DNA of 32,000 nt from assembly GCA_963840925.1 (NCBI GenBank), contig CAWJAY010000028.1, positions 43,919-75,918 of the forward strand, written 5' to 3'. Below the pieces are notes generated by a model. That model searched no databases and was not told where the DNA came from. It saw only the letters and a list, made by a program, of their open reading frames with translations. Shown piece after piece: positions 29,685 through 32,000 of this stretch (position 1 is its first letter; every line of letters starts with the position of its first letter). Origin of the DNA: an uncultured Alphaproteobacteria bacterium (GTDB taxonomy: Bacteria > Pseudomonadota > Alphaproteobacteria > Geminicoccales > Geminicoccaceae). The translations under genes were made by a program, and so were the position numbers.

Positions 29685-30812
29685 TTGAGCGCGCGCTCCG
29701 GGCGGGTCGGGCTTGCGGATCTGCCGCTGCACAGCGGTCGGGCGCCGGCCTGGCTGTTCGGGCGCATGGTCGCCCTCGCGCGCGAGGTTGTCGGACATGT
29801 GGTCGCGGACTACGGGCCGGGCGACGTGCTGGCGCGGCTGTCCGATCCGTTCTGGTTCCAGGCGTTCGGCTGCGTGCTCGGCTTCGACTGGCACTCGAGC
29901 GGCGTCACGACCACGACCTGCGGCGCGATCAAGGAGGCGGTCAAAGGGCTCGAGCACGATTTCGGCCTGTTCGTCTGCGGCGGCAAGGGTGCTGCCTCGC
30001 GCAGGACACCCGCAGAAATCGAGCGCGCCTGCGAGCGTCTCGGAAAAGACCCGGCGGCGCTGGTGCGGGCGAGCCGGCTCGCGGCCAAGGTCGACAACAC
30101 CGCCGTCCAGGACGGCCATCAGCTCTACCACCACTGCTTCCTGTTCACGGCCGACGGCAGCTGGTGCGTGGTCCAGCAGGGCATGGCGGACGCGACCCGG
30201 AGCGCGCGGCGCTATCATTGGCTGGGTGATCGGGTGACCAGCTTCGTCGAGGAGCCGCACGCCGCCGTCTGCGCCGATCGCGAGGCGCCGACCTTGAACC
30301 TGGTCGCCGCCGAAAGCGCTGCCGCCCGCCTTGCCACGACCGAGGTCGCAACCCAACCGCCGGCCGACATCCTGGCCGAGCTCGAACACCTGCCACTGCT
30401 CCGGATGCCCGCGCGCCATCCGCTCCTCGCAACCGCCGATGTCGACCCCAAGCGGCTGCACCAGACCCTGCTTTTGACCTACGAGCGGGCGCCCGCGGAC
30501 TTCGAAAGCCTGCTCGGCACGCCGGGGCTCGGCCCCAAGAGCCTGCGCGCGCTGACGCTGGTTGCCGAGCTGATCCATGGCGCTCGCGCCAGCACGCGCG
30601 ACCCGGCGCGCTTTGCCTTTGCGCACGGCGGCAAGGACGGCACGCCGTTCCCGGTCGAGCGGGCGACCTACGATCAGACCATCGAGCTTCTGCGCGGCGC
30701 GCTCGGCCGCGCCCGCCTCGATGATCCCGAACGGTCGCGCGCGCTCAAACGTCTGGCTGCGTTCGCCGCCGATGCCCGCCCAGACCCCGGCTCAGCTACG
30801 ACAGCAACTTGA
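29685..30812 (+). CDS. DUF763 domain-containing protein (with C-terminal helix-hairpin-helix-like motif)
   Basis: In-frame TTG at 29685 lies 2 nt after the DUF29 stop. 'GLADLPLHSGRAPAWLFGRMVALAREV...LSDPFWFQAFGCVLGFDWHSSGVTTT' matches the DUF763 N-terminal signature from memory. 'LLGTPGLGPKSLRALTLVAELIHG' is HhH-like. Confidence 0.8.
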   Translation: MSARSGRVGLADLPLHSGRAPAWLFGRMVALAREVVGHVVADYGPGDVLARLSDPFWFQAFGCVLGFDWHSSGVTTTTCGAIKEAVKGLEHDFGLFVCGGKGAASRRTPAEIERACERLGKDPAALVRASRLAAKVDNTAVQDGHQLYHHCFLFTADGSWCVVQQGMADATRSARRYHWLGDRVTSFVEEPHAAVCADREAPTLNLVAAESAAARLATTEVATQPPADILAELEHLPLLRMPARHPLLATADVDPKRLHQTLLLTYERAPADFESLLGTPGLGPKSLRALTLVAELIHGARASTRDPARFAFAHGGKDGTPFPVERATYDQTIELLRGALGRARLDDPERSRALKRLAAFAADARPDPGSATTAT

Positions 30813-31067
30813 TCAGAGCGACGATCAGGCCGGTCTGGCCGAGCATGAGCGGCACGAGCCATTTGACGATGCGCATCTCCAGCGCCGAAAGGTCGGCTTT
30901 GATTTCCATGCGGAGGGCGGCGAGATCGGCTTTGGTCGCGACGTCGGCCAGATCCGTCGCCCGGCTTTCGCCGGAAATGTCCGTCACCGTCTCGGCCTGA
31001 GAGTCGGTGAAGCCGCGTCCTTCAGGCGCTTGACGATCCGGTGCGTGTCCATGGTCAGCGTCGCCAT
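30796..31067 (-). pseudogene. DUF1640-family small membrane-anchored coiled-coil protein, frame-disrupted
   Basis: 'MATLTMDTHRIVKRLKDA' (ATG 31067) is in one frame. 'GFTDSQAETVTD...ATKADLAALRMEIKADLSALEMRIVKWLVPLMLGQTGLIVALIKLL' is in another. Length is 272 nt (3n+2). Adding one G at ~31012-31017 restores 'KDAGFTDSQAE'. Confidence 0.65.
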
Positions 31068-31185
31068 GGAATCCATGTAAGCGCTTGGCGGCCTCAGCTG
31101 CAAGCGCGGCCACAGCCGGGCAGCGACCAGATCCGCGCTTAACGGCGCGCGCCTTAGGATGCTAGAGCTGGACGCGGAGGCGCCG

Positions 31186-32000
31186 ATGACCACGCTGCTC
31201 TACACCCACCCGTCGTCCGCCGAGCACGACACTGGCCCGGGCCATCCCGAAGCGCGCGCCCGGATTCGCGCGATTTGGGCACTGCTCGAGCGCGAGGAGC
31301 GCAAGGGCGGGCTGACCGGGGTGCAGCGCGAGGAGGCGCCGCGCGCGAGCCGGGTGCAGCTCGAGCGGGCGCACAGCGCTCGCTACGTCGAGGCGATCCT
31401 CGGCGCCGAGCCCGCGTCCGGCTACGTCCGGCTCGATCCTGACACGGTGATGTCGCGAGGTTCGGCCGAGGCGGCGCTGCGCGCGGCCGGCGCCCCTTGC
31501 GCCGCGGTCGGCGCCGTGGTCGGCGGCGAGGCCCGCAACGCCTTCTGCGCGCTTCGCCCGCCCGGCCACCACGCCGAGCGCGAGCGCGCCATGGGTTTTT
31601 GCCTGTTCAACAGCATCGCGATCGGCGCGCTCGAGGCGCTCGCAACCCATCGCCTCGCGCGGGTCTCGATCTTCGACTTCGACGTCCATCACGGCAACGG
31701 CACCCAGGCGATCTTTGCCGCCGAACCGCGGGTGCAGTATCTCTCGACCCACCAGTGGCCGCTCTACCCGGGCACCGGGGCGCGCGCCGAGACCGGCGTC
31801 GGCAACATCGTCAACCGGCCGCTGCCCGCCGGCACCGGCTCGGACGACTGGCGAGCCGTGGTCGAGGCCGACATCCTGCCGGCGATCGACGGTTTCGCGC
31901 CCGAGCTGATCATGATCTCGGCCGGGTTCGACGCCCATCGGGCCGATCCGCTGGCCATGCTCGAGCTCGAGGAGGCGGACTATGCCTGGGTCACCCGTGA
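31186..32000 (+). CDS. histone deacetylase-family protein (acetoin utilisation / acetylpolyamine amidohydrolase-like), 3' end outside window
   Basis: Not in the supplied ORF track. My own translation from ATG 31186 is stop-free to the window end. It contains 'ALRPPGHHAE', 'IFDFDVHHGNGTQ' and 'ISAGFDAHRADPL', the classical HDAC/arginase-fold motifs. GGAGG is upstream. Confidence 0.9.
   Translation, partial: MTTLLYTHPSSAEHDTGPGHPEARARIRAIWALLEREERKGGLTGVQREEAPRASRVQLERAHSARYVEAILGAEPASGYVRLDPDTVMSRGSAEAALRAAGAPCAAVGAVVGGEARNAFCALRPPGHHAERERAMGFCLFNSIAIGALEALATHRLARVSIFDFDVHHGNGTQAIFAAEPRVQYLSTHQWPLYPGTGARAETGVGNIVNRPLPAGTGSDDWRAVVEADILPAIDGFAPELIMISAGFDAHRADPLAMLELEEADYAWVTR

Overview
High-GC bacterial chromosomal segment. 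Hand counts of a few 60-nt blocks give roughly 63-77% GC in ordinary genes. It is probably alphaproteobacterial, inferred from the divergent recG / sdhE-mfd arrangement and a DUF1640 gene.

Gene content, left to right:
- a partial coiled-coil/Gly-rich ORF
- a CUT1-type sugar ABC uptake operon (binding protein plus two permeases, no ATPase)
- a DUF2934-zinc-finger mini-protein
- two MFS transporters
- a secreted MBL-fold hydrolase and an HSL-type esterase
- a two-gene cassette: lipase-like alpha/beta hydrolase fused to a DUF4071 TPR-like module, then a stand-alone RyR-domain protein
- a DMT transporter, a secreted alpha/beta hydrolase and a beta-hydroxyacid dehydrogenase
- a SAM methyltransferase
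- a ribB gene with a degenerate ribA-like domain
- a receiver-like ORF and a secreted Cys-containing protein
- hyuA plus a truncated hyuB
- about 1 kb of non-coding DNA with an AT-rich core and nested hairpins
- recG, sdhE, mfd
- a DUF29-DUF763 pair, DUF1640 and a partial HDAC-family gene that is absent from the supplied ORF track

No rRNA, tRNA, CRISPR array, transposase or integrase was recognised.

Two things stand out. First, the hydrolase-DUF4071 + RyR cassette (9201-10910) is the best candidate for an undescribed conflict or signalling module. Second, there is an unusually high density of frame disruptions. Six genes need frame corrections, recG at four or more points, and hyuB also lacks its central ~300 codons. 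Most of the shifts I could resolve lie in short G/C runs. This means either homopolymer indel errors in the assembly or genuine gene decay, and the sequence alone cannot decide between them.
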